Positions 13,507 to 25,965 of a stretch of DNA of 64,000 bases are shown here, piece by piece. The notes beneath the pieces are model-generated. The model was not told the DNA's origin, ran no database searches, and saw nothing but the letters and a program-made list of their open reading frames with translations. This stretch comes from Octopus sinensis. Taxonomy: Eukaryota. Within the stretch, counting starts at the first letter, position 1; each line of letters opens with the position of its first letter. The stretch is from contig NC_043009.1 in assembly GCF_006345805.1 (NCBI RefSeq), forward strand, positions 36,952,001 to 37,016,000, read 5' to 3'. Made by a program: the position numbers and the translations under genes.

Positions 13507-13564
13507 TACATACATACATACACACATGCCTATATAAATATACATATATATATATATACACACC

Positions 13565-13620
<56 letters not shown>

Positions 13621-13984
13621 TTATATATATATATATATATATATATAAAGTTAATTCAAACAAGGAAGCACAAAAAAAAACAACAACGCGAGGACGTGGA
13701 ACAAATATAGTATTATTGGACGCTCAGGGAAGAAGGAGGGTTTAACGTTTATAGGCACATATATATCTAAATACGCATACACGCACACAGGCGCAAACGT
13801 CTACAATTCTAAAAAGGGGGCAGGTGCTCGCTCGTGGATAACGCCTGCTGTCACCCCGAATTAGCTTTACCTTCATCGTCAAACAACTTTTTTTTTTTTT
13901 TTTTTTTTTTTACTTGTTTCAGTCATTTGACTGCGGCCATGCTGGAGCACCGCCTTTTAGAGTGGTGAAAGAGTACAGCAGGGA

Positions 13985-14127
13985 TCACCACCATCCCCTG
14001 CCGGAGCCTCGTGGAGCTTTTAGGTGTTTTCGCTCAATAAACACACACAACGCCCGGTCTGGGAATCGAAACCGCGATCCTCCGACCGCAAGTCCGCTGC
14101 CCTAACCACTGGGCCATTGCGCCTCCA
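13985..14127 (-). mobile_element. SINE family C (tRNA-Arg-like head, OR1/OR2-like), 5' part
   Basis: Reverse-complement match to the heads at 47285 and 62897. Confidence 0.88.
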
Positions 14128-14585
14128 CATGGGAGATAGGGAAGTAAAAAAGACATATGCTTACTATAAGAATGCAGAATACTGTCCGACAGAAACCTTA
14201 ATGTATTTCGGTTTGCTTAGTGTCTTTGGAGACTTACAATATCACAGTGTGAGTCTTTATAAGTCTCTCTCTCTATACTTAGATATAGCTAAGGACATGG
14301 GATGACAAATGAATAAGCAATTGTCTTATGAACTTCATTAGTTTGCAGCTGATTCTTCTGCAAGGTGCAGTGGATTCATAGCTGAGTGCTTGAGTACCAC
14401 TTCATATTTGAGGCCCGATGACGTTATAGGATGTTTTTCAAGCTCCCAACTAAGAGTCGCATTGCATCTTATAGCAGAAAGAGCTCTAAGCTAATAAGAT
14501 AACCATTTGTTCCTTTGTCATCGCATTTTTTTTTACTACTGCTCTGTACTCTACTAACGTTTCGTTCTGAAGCATATATATATTC

Positions 14586-15435
14586 ATTTCCACTCTAGGC
14601 ACGAGGCCCAAAATCTGGGAGGAGAGGGACAGTCGATAAGATCGACCTCAGTACGCAACTGGTACTTAATTTATCGACTCCGAAAGAATGAGAGGCAAAG
14701 TCGACCTCGATGGAATTTGAACTCACGACGTAAAGGCAGCCGCCGAAATACCTATTTCTTTACTACCCACAAGGGGCTAAATACAGAGAGGACAAACAAG
14801 GACAGATAAACGGATTAAGTCGATTAAGTCGACCCCAGTGCGCAAATGGTACTTATTTAATCGACCCCGAAAGGATGAAAGGCAAAGTCGACCTCGGCGG
14901 AATTTGAACTCAGAACGTAACGGCAGACGAAATACAGCTAAGCGTTTCGCCCGGCGTGCTAACGTTACTGCCAGCTCACCGCCTTACAGATGTATATTCT
15001 TTTCTACTCTAGGCACAACGCCCTAGATGTTTGGGGAGAGGGACCGCAATACGCAACTGGTACTTAATTTATCGATCCCAGTGCGTAACTGGTACTTAAT
15101 TTATCGATCCCGAAAGGATGAAAGTCGACCTCGGCGGAATTTGAACTCAGAACGTAAAGATAGACGAAATACCGCTAAGTATTTCGCCCGGCGTGCTAAC
15201 GTTTCTTATTTCTTTATTGCCCACAAAGGGCTAAACATAGAGGGGACAAACAAGGACACACAAAGGGATTAAGTCGATTACATCGACCCCAGTGCGTAAC
15301 TGGTACTTAATTTATCGACCCCGAAAGGATGAAAGGCAAAGTCGACCTCGGTGGAATTTGAACTCGGAACGTAACGGCAGCCGAAATACGGCTACGCATT
15401 TCGCCCGGCGTGGTAACGATTCTGCCAGCTCTCCG
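14586..15435 (-). mobile_element. SINE family A array of four monomers (A-B, A-B)
   Basis: Four core copies with alternating tails. Outer flanks tgaagcatatatatatt and tgaagcacatgcatatt match at 14/17 positions, consistent with an old TSD. Confidence 0.9.
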
Positions 15436-15535
15436 CTTTGAAGCACATGCATATTAAGTTCTACACCAGGTAATTAGCCTCGTACGCCTAAGCGAAATAT
15501 TAAAACATAAATATATCTATAAAGACGAATAGTAT

Positions 15536-15930
15536 TACTCTTTTACTTGTTTCAGTCATTTGACTGCGGCCATGCTGGAGCACCGCCTTTAGTCGAGCAA
15601 ATCGACCCCGGGACTTATTCTTTGCAAGCCCAGTACTTATTCTATCGATCTCTTTTGCCGAACCGCTAAGTGACGGGGACGTAAACACAGCAGCATCGGT
15701 TGTCAAGCAATGCTAGGGAGACAAACACAGACACACAAACATACATACACATACATATATATATATATATATACATATATACGACAGGCTTCTTTCAGTT
15801 TCCGTCTACCAAATCCACTCACAAGGCATTGGTAGGCCCGGGGCTATAGCAGAAGACACTTGCCCAAGATGCCATGCAGTGGGACTGAACCCGGAACCAT
15901 GTGGTTGGTTAGCAAGCTCATTACCACACA
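15536..15930 (-). mobile_element. SINE family B (tRNA-like head, internal TA/TG microsatellite, gagtaaaa tail)
   Basis: Same sequence as the full copy at 35763-36185, in reverse orientation. Confidence 0.9.
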
Positions 15931-16419
15931 TTTACAAAAAAATTTTTTTTTTTTATATTGTTTCATCTTAATATGTATCAACACGTCGTGTTCTATCCTA
16001 CGACATAAATCCTATGTATCTTTTAAACCTTTTACTGGTTTCAGTCATTGAACTGCACCCATGCTGGAGCACTGTTTTGAAGGGCTATTTTCTCGGTCAG
16101 GTACATGTCGCATCTGGTGGTATATGAGACGTACTTTACTTTTACAGAATCCGTCGCAAAAATTCAGCCTGGGTTCTTCTATATGCGATTTTGCTTTAAG
16201 TGTTACATGCTTTAATGCACCAGAAAAAAACTTTTTCCTGTATATGCTCTGCTGAATTGGGATGCGTTAAATATGCCCGTTTGTCTTTTATGCCTTCACA
16301 TACGGTATTCTATCGGCCTGTTTTGCAGATCCGCTAGTTCACAGGGATGTAAACAAACCAGCATTAGGCGTAAAGTTGTGGGGACGGGCGAGGTAAATAC
16401 AAATACAAGGATACATGCA

Positions 16420-16431
16420 CATAAACATACA

Positions 16432-16471
<40 letters not shown>

Positions 16472-16521
16472 CATATAAATATATATAATATTATATATAT
16501 ATATATATATGTATAATATAT

Positions 16522-16567
<46 letters not shown>

Positions 16568-16579
16568 CATACATACATA

Positions 16580-16652
<73 letters not shown>
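16420..16652. repeat. (TA)n/(CATA)n microsatellite
   Basis: Directly visible. Confidence 0.95.
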
Positions 16653-16654
<2 letters not shown>

Positions 16655-16882
16655 AGGCGAGCTGGCAGAAACGTTAGCACGCTGGGCGAAATGCGTAGCT
16701 GTATTTCGTCTGCCGTTACGTTCTGAGTTAGTTCAAATTCCGCCGAGGTCGACTTTGCCTTTCATCCTTTCGAGGTCGATAAATAAGTACCCAGTTACGC
16801 ACTGGGTTCGACGTACGTAATCCATTTGTCTGTCCTTGCTTGTCCCCTCGTGTTTAGCCTCTTGGTGGTAGTAAAGAAATAT
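16655..16882 (+). mobile_element. SINE family A monomer, tail A, inside a (TA)n tract
   Basis: Head, core and tail A all present. Confidence 0.9.
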
Positions 16883-16884
16883 AT

Positions 16885-16920
<36 letters not shown>

Positions 16921-17590
16921 ATATATTAGATATATATATATATATATATATATATAGTTTGCATCATGGCGTTATGCTAACAACTGCCCCAACCAACAAT
17001 ATGAACATATCCCCGATGGTCTGTGTTGTATACCAGAGAATCTGTAGTAAATATGGATGTTCCGATAACGGAAACAATTATCAAAAAGTTACATATTCGC
17101 ATCAAAGAATATTCGCAAATAAGCAAGACATTCCAAAAACGCAACTAAAGATACCACACTCAGGATTTTAGAGTTAGCATTGAAGACACAAAATGTAAAG
17201 TCGCCAATTTGATGAAGCCCCTCTCAGGGCAAAAAGTATCAACACTTTCCTCCATTTACTTCTGGTGAAAAGTTATTAATTCCAAATTATAGAAAATACT
17301 TAACCTTATATATCAAACAATAAATACTTCACTTTGACTATACAATGCTAATAAACATCCCTAATTTCATTCACCATCCATCCTTCCATCCATCCACCCT
17401 TCCCTCCCTAATAAATCCTGCCATATGTACATACAACTCTCATTCTCTCTGTCTCTCTCATACACACACATGCACGTATATATGTATGTGTGTCTGTTAT
17501 TGTGCATGTCCGTAAATGCGTTGTGTGTGGATGCACACACACATACACACATACATACATACGAGTGTGTGGCATATATATATATATATG

Positions 17591-17645
<55 letters not shown>

Positions 17646-17704
17646 GAAATATTAAAATTACTAAGTCTCTCTAAAGGAGATTACGGCAGCGTTACTGGCA
17701 ATTA

Positions 17705-17996
17705 ATAGTTATCGCATATTAATATGGCAGTCTAAATATAAGACTAAAGCTGTCGCTGATTAGCTCAAGAGCCACAGCCTCTAGCTAGCTATATGACACA
17801 CGAACCTGCAAACAACCTGAAACATGTCTGCAGATGTCTGACTACAAGGTGAAGCGGCTGACCTCCCCTGTTCGAAGGTTGTAATGGACGCAGGTTCGTG
17901 TGTCATATAGCTAGCTAGAGGCGGTGGCTCTTGGAGCGAATCAGCGACAGCTTTAGTCTTATATTTAGACTGCCATATTAATATGGCGATAACTAT
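17705..17996. mobile_element. Hairpin MITE-like element with ~105-bp inverted arms
   Basis: 17705-17809 is the reverse complement of 17890-17996, differing by 2 substitutions and 2 one-base indels. Confidence 0.8.
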
Positions 17997-18134
17997 AATA
18001 TATATAATACATATATATATGCTATATATTATATAAAACATACATACACACATACATACGTACATAACACATACACACCCACAACACACACAACACACAC
18101 ACACACACATATATATATATATTATTATATATAT

Positions 18135-18475
18135 ATATTGTTATATTTCGGAATGGTCATATTGCCAGTTTAGCCAATAAAACACACGCACTATATATTT
18201 GGTGTTATTTTGCTTCAGTGATATTTATTTTTTACATTAATCTTAATCTTATTTCGGCCAAAGTTCTTTCGTCACACTCCTGTGACCGCATCAGTGGTCC
18301 TTTGTTTTCTTCTCACTTACTTGTGTCTCTCCTTACTAACCGTCAGCCATTTTGTATTTCTATTGTATGTCTTCATTTGCGCATGCTTATATCTCTATGT
18401 GCGTCTATGTTTATATAGTGCGTGTGTTTTTATTGGCTAAACTGGCAATATGACCATTCCGAAATATAACAATAT
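18135..18475. mobile_element. MITE with ~63-bp TIRs, TA-flanked (Tc1/mariner type likely)
   Basis: atattgttatatttcggaatggtcatattgccagtttagccaataaaacacacgcactatata (18135-18197) and its reverse complement at 18412-18475. Confidence 0.85.
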
Positions 18476-18528
18476 CTGTTTCAACACACGACTTCACATA
18501 AAAAATCTTGCACAACAAATATTTAAAC

Positions 18529-18574
<46 letters not shown>

Positions 18575-18581
18575 ACACACA

Positions 18582-18615
<34 letters not shown>

Positions 18616-19365
18616 GCAAACAATGTGAGAAAGATAAAAAGAGATGGGTAGATTGATAGATAGATAGATAGATAGATAGATAAAAAAAGAAAGAAGGGGT
18701 TGAGAGAGGCAAAGAGAATTGGTGGAGACGTGGAGACAGACTACTAAACACGAATCAAGAGAGAGAGAGAAAGAGAGAGAGGGAGAGAGAGAGAGACAAA
18801 GAGAGCATCACAAAAAGAGAAAGAGAGAAAGCAAAAAAGAGAGGATGAAGAAGACAGCGAGAAAATGTAAGAGTGACGGTTGGAGGTGAAGGGCAATGGC
18901 TGCGCAGAATAAGTTAAAATGTTATTCTGATTGCATGCGTAGGTAGTTAATTCAGGCCAGGCCAGCTTGAATCAGTTGTAACATGACAAATAGATATGAC
19001 ATTTAGTCTAATAACTGGAATTCAGCTTGCAATGAGACGAAAACAGTCTCTTTAGCGAATGCTGACGCTTCTCATTCATTGCCTCTTCTAAATTATTTGT
19101 TTGTATACATTGTTATACGTACGTATGTATGTATGTATGTATGTATGTATGTATGTATGTATGTATGTATGTATGTATGTATCTATGTATGTATGTATGT
19201 ATGTATGTATATATATGTGTATGCATGCGTGTATGCATGCATGTATATATATATTCAACAACAATTGTTGTTGAATTTATATATATAGTCTCTGACTATT
19301 TTCTCTCTCTCACTAGACCGCTGGTGGCGAAAAAATTCTTTGAATTTTTTGCTACCCTATATTGA

Positions 19366-19410
<45 letters not shown>

Positions 19411-19966
19411 TATAACACATATATAGATCTACACACAAGCATACACACACGCACACACATATATATACAAAGACGCCCCACACGCATATATATGTATATA
19501 TACATGGCTACCTAGATAGATATAATCATATGTATATTTTCAGATGTAGACAAACTGACACTGATATAACCAACACACACACACACACATACACATGCAC
19601 ATGTATATACACCAATGTGCACACTCACACACACACATGCACACGTGCACCCTCATGTGTATGTATCAAATTAGCTTGAAAAGTTGAAATCCATGCAAGT
19701 ACATGTATGCACATATATGCAGTAAAAAAATGAAATATATTTAAGAGAATAGGAACTCTTGTATCGAAAATGTGGGGTAGTTGAGCTAATAAACAACTAC
19801 CACAAGTGTTTCAGACCAAAAGGAGTACATAGGCGAGAGAGAGAGAGAGGGGGAGAAAGAGAGAGAGAGATAGAGAGTGAGAAGAGAGAGAGATAGCGGC
19901 TAGGGAGAGTGAGGGTGCTAGATCTAAACCCATGACATTCCCAAAACGATATTTTTAACATAGCAA

Positions 19967-20779
19967 GGCGGCGAGCTGGCACAAACGTTAGCACGCCGGG
20001 CGAAACGCGTAGCCGTATTTCAGTCTACCGTTACGTTCTGAGTTCCAATTCCGTCGAGGTCGACTTTGCCTTTCATCCTTTCGGGGTCGATAAATTAAGT
20101 ACCAGTTACGCACTGGGGTCGATGTAATCGACTTAATACCTTTGTTTGTCCTTGTTTGTCCCCTCTATGTTTAGCCCCTTGTGGGTAGTAAAGAAATAGG
20201 TATTTCGTCTGTCTTTATGTTCTGAGTTCAAATTCCGCCGAGCTCGACTTTGCCTTTCATCCTTTCGAGGTCGATAAGTTAAGTACCAGTTGCGTACTGT
20301 GATCGATCTAATCGACTGGCCCCCGCCCCAATAATTTCGGGTGTTGTGCCTAGAGTAGAAAAGAATATTTTTAACACAGCAAGGCGGCGAGCTGGCAGAA
20401 TCGTTACGACGGTAGGCGAAATGCTTAGCGGTATTTCGTCTGCCGTTACGTTCCTGAGTTCAAATCCCGCCGAGGTCGACTTTGCCTTTCATCCTTTCGG
20501 GGTTGATAAATTAAGTACCAGTTACGCACTGGGGTCGATGTAATCGACTCAATACCTATGTCTGTCCTTCTTTGTCCTCTCTGTGTTTAACCCCTTGTGG
20601 GTAGTAAAGAAATAGGTATTTCGTCTGTCTTTATGTTCTGAGTTCAAATTCCGCCGAGGTCGACTTTGCCTTTCATCACCTTTCGAAGTCGATAAGTTAA
20701 GTACCAGTTGCGTACTGGGATCGATCTAATCGATTGGCCCCCTCCCCCAAAATCTATGCCTGGAATAGAAAAGAAAAGG
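19967..20779 (+). mobile_element. Two tandem SINE family A dimers (A-B, A-B)
   Basis: Four core copies. A 17-18 bp repeat atatttttaaca(t/c)agca lies before, between and after the dimers. Confidence 0.92.
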
Positions 20780-20874
20780 ATATTTTTAACACAGCATGTT
20801 AGCACAAGTGTATATATATGTGGGTATAAATATTTTTTCTTTAACATACACAAAAAAAATCCACACAGACATAC

Positions 20875-21158
20875 ATACATGCTTACATACCTACCTACCT
20901 ACCTACATACCTACCTACCTACCTACCTACCTACCTACCTGTCTACCTGCCTAGCTACATGCCTGCTTACCTGCCTACTTACCAACTTACATACATGCAT
21001 ACCTACACCTCTCACTACCTAACCATCTACCTACATACCTACCTACCTGCCTACCTACCTACCTACCTACATACATACATACAAACATACATACATACAT
21101 ACATACATACATACATACATACATACATACATACATACATACATACATACATACATAC
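20875..21158. repeat. Compound (CTAC)n-(CATA)n microsatellite
   Basis: Directly visible. Confidence 0.95.
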
Positions 21159-21159
21159 G

Positions 21160-21650
21160 CAGACAGATTGTGCAACTTCGGCAACTCATTATGGTAATCA
21201 AGGCCAGATAATTCTGGAGAAGGATAACAAAAAGAAAACATCTACACACGAGTTAAAAGAATATCGGTGGAGCTTAAAAATTAAAGCAACCACCAAGTTA
21301 AAACACAACCGGCCAGATATTGTCATGTGGACACCCCCACCAATAAAATAAGTTATACTCCGTTGTGGAAATCAGCTGCCCTCAGGACACCAGTGAAGTC
21401 AGAAAAATTCAGGAGAGAGAGGACATCTATGGACCATCGATAAAGAGTTGGCAAATCTAGTATCAAGATACATTTTCAATTTCATGCTTATCATTATTAG
21501 AACAACACACCAACCCGCCTGGAGAAAAATATGGATGAACTTGCGTTCTTGGAGAGAGAACCAAATTCTTAATTCATACACTACAAACAATCACGATATC
21601 TGGAACTATAAAAGTCAGCAATATTTTCATAAATTTAAAGGACGGTGAAT
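21160..21650 (+). mobile_element. 3' fragment of an RLE-clade non-LTR retrotransposon (different family)
   Basis: KLKHNRPDIVMW, then VEISCPQD..EREDIYGP across frameshifts: a PD-(D/E)xK-type RLE. Confidence 0.75.
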
Positions 21651-21701
21651 AAAACAAGATACTTTGCTTCAGGTAATCAGTCAAAATTAACCCTAAGTTA
21701 G

Positions 21702-21913
21702 TTTCAAATTTTGGCACAAAGCCAGCAATTTTATGGGAGTGGATTTTGTCGATTACCCCGACGCCAGTGCTCGATTGGTGCTTATTTTATCGACCCCAAA
21801 AAAGATGAAGGGCCAAGTCAACCTCGATGGAGTTTCAACTCAACGTAAACACGGACAAAATGCCCCTAAGCATTTTGCCAGGAGTGCTAACGATTCTGCC
21901 AGCGTGTCGCCTT
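21702..21913 (-). mobile_element. SINE family A, old copy, tail B
   Basis: Degenerate core and head. Confidence 0.8.
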
Positions 21914-22189
21914 TAAGAATATCAACTCTAAATTAAAATGGAAAAAGAGAACACACATCCATCCATCTATCCATCCATCCATCCATCCATCCATGATGGC
22001 TGCAGAATCATGTTCGAGTTTTGCCATTACCTGATCGAAAGTCCCAAACATGCGAATGCTACGACCCGCCATTTCTGTGATAGGTCTTACCTTTTTTCTT
22101 TTTTCAAGCGATACCTGTGCAAGATGATTTTTTATATATATATATATATAGTTAGGAAAGGATTTGCACAAATCCAGTCCACTCTCTGA

Positions 22190-22553
22190 ACATGGACAAC
22201 ATAAACTCGAAAAGAAGAACTAGTCTACATCATCGAATATCATCAGCGTAGAAGGTTTTCTCTCAGATTTTCCTTCTCCAAGAGAGATGTTCTGACTACA
22301 ATAGAAGAGCCTCCCACTCCTAGTAGACCACCGCGTGCCTTCGCACTAACCCAGGTATTTCCACGTCCCTGCGCATACATACATGCATAAATGCAAATGT
22401 ACACGTATTGTTGGATGGCTGTTGATTGCTCATGAGCTCTTCCACTCTTTGGCAGGCCTTATTTTTTCGTCCTGCAGAGTGTCCAACAATCGCCCTCCTC
22501 ACCAAGCAAGCTTGATGGGGTTGCCCGTTTAGTCGCCGACGATCCGACCATAC
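22190..22553 (-). mobile_element. RTE-like 5' leader fragment
   Basis: Homologous to 33075-33190. Contains ggagaaggaaaa(c)tctga-like motif that I recall from RTE 5' UTRs. No ORF. Confidence 0.45.
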
Positions 22554-22582
22554 ATAAATACATACATACATACATACATACA

Positions 22583-22753
22583 TCACGTTACCGACCAGAC
22601 CATTAGATGTTGTTACACATCACTGGTCACAATGCGTTCGCATTGTTTTAGCCTTCGAATGACGCCACCCCGCTGGCTAATATACACTCACAACGCCCGG
22701 TCTGGGAATCGAAACCACGATCCTGCGACCGCGAGTCCGCTGCCCTAACCACT
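22583..22753 (-). mobile_element. SINE with family C tRNA-Arg-like head but a different 3' tail ending in (ATGT)n
   Basis: Head 22685-22753 matches family C. The tail ttagccagcggggtggcgtcattcgaagg..gtcggtaacgtg is unrelated to the family C body. Confidence 0.7.
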
Positions 22754-22991
22754 ACAATACATATATTGAGCTGGTAGATGTGGTAGAACTTGTTGATATC
22801 AGCATTAGATGTGGAGTGATATCAGGAAAGAAATATTTATAGCCACAGAGGCAGCCGCCCTCATAAGTGAACATCTCTTCCAGCACCAACGAGAAGAAAT
22901 ATATTTCAAAAACTGCAGCCCCTCTACTAGGATTATAATTTCTCATTCATACCTATACTTATTGGTAAGCTTGTTTCAGTTAGTAAAAGTC

Positions 22992-23430
22992 GGATCTTTT
23001 CGGTTTGAACGGATCTATTCGGTTTTAACATAATTTCTAGGTAACTAAAAAATTTTAAACTTCATATACTGGTAGACTGTGTTTATAAAACATCTTTTTC
23101 TCTTGGCTTTATTGAGAAAATTCTATAGTTTGTAAGATATTTGTTGTTGTTTTTTTCTTCAATTTCTGCAATTTCAACCAATCAATGACGTCCATTGAGG
23201 TAAACAACATTCTATGCCGTATGAATATGTCCCTCGTTTAAGAAACAGATTGAGTTTATTTACATTTGTGAAGAAAAAAGATACCCTTCCCCCACCCCTA
23301 ACCCTAACCCTAACTAACCCTAAACCTAAAATAGATTGAAATGCAATAGATCGATACTAGGGTCATAATTATGGGTGACAATTTCATATGACACCGTTAG
23401 AAAAAACTGCCGTTCAAACCGAAAAGATCC
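22992..23430. mobile_element. MITE with perfect 21-bp TIRs and 8-bp TSD (Merlin-like)
   Basis: TIR ggatcttttcggtttgaacgg / ccgttcaaaccgaaaagatcc. TSD taaaagtc at 22984-22991 and 23431-23438. Confidence 0.9.
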
Positions 23431-23563
23431 TAAAAGTCTAAGCCACAATCTAATAAAACTGAAATTTTTGAAGATTTTCTTTGTTAGAAACCAAGTCCAT
23501 AATTCTAGGAAATATTGTAATAAAAAAGAATTGTAATACACACATTTGCTTACGTACACACAC

Positions 23564-23642
<79 letters not shown>

Positions 23643-23695
23643 GAGAGAGAGACAGAGAGAAAAAGACATGTACACATACAGACAGACAGCTTGTT

Positions 23696-23756
<61 letters not shown>

Positions 23757-25329
23757 TAGATAGATAGATAGATAGATAGATGGAAATATGGATATACGGA
23801 ATATATAAGATAGGCGGAAATGCTTTTCTCTCATAGGCCTGGACTATTCTGGTTGACCGACGGATATGCACCGAAGTCCAACTCGCCAGCACCCTGGTCA
23901 CCATCATCATCATCGTCATCGTCAGCAGCAACACCACCCGACAACCACAAAAGCGAGTCCAACCATATGTTGTGACTCTGACTCTGACTCTGACTCTGAT
24001 GATGATGATGATGATGATGTCAGAAGCGCTGACGACGACAATGACGATGATATTGTGATAATGATGGTGATGAACCGAGTAATTTACATATTAATTAGTT
24101 GACAATGATGATGATGATAATGATGTCGATGTTGGGGCAATGAGTATAAAAAAGATTCATGCTGGCGATGACGGGGGTTGGATAGATAGCGGTGGTGATG
24201 TGGTGGCGTTGTCAGGGTTTTTGGTTGCGGCGGCGACAGCGGTTGTGGTGTTGGAGGCGTTGGTGCGGTTGACTGTGGTGGCTACCGTAGTGGCAGTGGT
24301 GGTGGCGGCAGCGGTGGTGGCGGTGGTGGCGGTGGTGGCGGTGGTGGCGGTGGTGGTGGCGGTTGCAATTTCCCTTCATCTGACCGCGATCTGTGTTGCT
24401 TACTCATCGCTGTGGGGACGAGGATGAGGAAATGTGTTGAGAGAGAAGCAGTTGTGATAACGGCGGTGTTAAATGGTGACAGAGGGAGTGATGGTAAAAG
24501 GTGATAGTGGTGGTAAATAATGGTGACTGTAGTGGTGGTGTGGTGGTGTTGGTGGAGATGGTGGTGGTGGTGGTTGTGGTGGTGATTGTAGTTTTGGTTG
24601 TAGTGATGGTGGTGGTGGTGGTGGTGGTGACGGTGATGAGTCTCCAAGATGAAGAATGAAAGTGTGTTTGGATGAAAGAGGGCGGAAAATGATAATCTAT
24701 AACCGACATAAAACAAACACATACACACATACATACACACACACACACACACCCACATACACATACACAGACACATGCATAAGAACACACACACACATAT
24801 AGGCCCACATGCAATTAACAGCAGACATACAGAGACACAGACACACATGTAATACATAACTGATACACACCACACACCCACTAATAACCACGAATCCAGA
24901 TACAATCAAACAAGCATGTACACATCGGACAAACACACACACAGACATAAACAGAAGCACACACTCACGCACATGTAGATACACACACACAAACAGTTAC
25001 ATACGCATACACACAGAGGACGCATACACTCTAGATGGAGACATACACACAGAAACACTATATCATTCAATCATCCATGCTCACACATACATACCAACAC
25101 ACACACACACATCAACACGCACGTAGACAAAGACAGTGCCCCCTTCATATAAAGTTATCTTCACCATTCTCCTATCCCCCCCCCTTATCATCCCTACTGT
25201 GCAACCCCACCACAAACAACACCAGCATTCGCCACTTTCCAATCCTTCTTACCCAGAACGTTATCCCACTGGAATTCCCTAACTGACCATATTATTGCAG
25301 CAATCATCAGCTAGCAATTGTTCAACAAC

Positions 25330-25900
25330 AACCTCAACGGGCTCTGATGGTCAGTCAAGGTTTTAAACGCAACTCCTTCGTCCAGACCGCCAATACAGTT
25401 TCAAGGGAATTATCAGTGTTTGGCCGCTGGTTGTTTTATTCGAACCACGTGATGGATCAGCTGATTAGAATATCTCCTAATTGATGAAGAGACGATCATT
25501 AGAAGCAGCGCCACATCCGATGCACTGAATAAGAAGCAGTGACGGCCTTAAGCAGATCTATCCTGGAAATATGCAATCTGCGGTAGTAAAGTGCAGTAGC
25601 AGGGTGTACTAGAAGGGTAAACTGACATGGTGGAGTACAGGATGTAGAAGAGTTCAAACTCTGTTGGTTCCTATTAACGGCTTTTCATTATGGGTCGGTG
25701 AAACTATTTCACGATATCCTCCACAAAACCGTAATACGATGAGGTGTGCATGGGGTGTGGTGCGAGGGCTGTAATAGAAGGCCATACTAGTCGCCATTGC
25801 AAAACCCAAGGGAAATACATGGAGGAACTCTATCAAGCGGTTGGGAAATCAATGGCTGATTTCATTTATTCTGTTATCGATAAGGAGAAAACCGAAATGA
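25330..25900 (-). pseudogene. Possible decayed Ty3/gypsy integrase C-terminal fragment
   Basis: Only weak motif remnants: SPY, N.L.E, RTTPHA, ASYSV, HQL in the expected order. No LTR seen. Confidence 0.22.
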
Positions 25901-25965
25901 AACCCGGTCCAGCGGATTTCGAATTTTAAACAATAAAAATCGTTACAATATACATTCTGAGATAC

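Noticed and set aside
19323-19356. 15-bp stem hairpin ggtggcgaaaaaattc-ttt-gaattttttgctacc; also an 11-bp stem at 5094-5119
   Set aside because: Isolated short hairpins with no family context. Terminator logic does not apply to this eukaryotic DNA.
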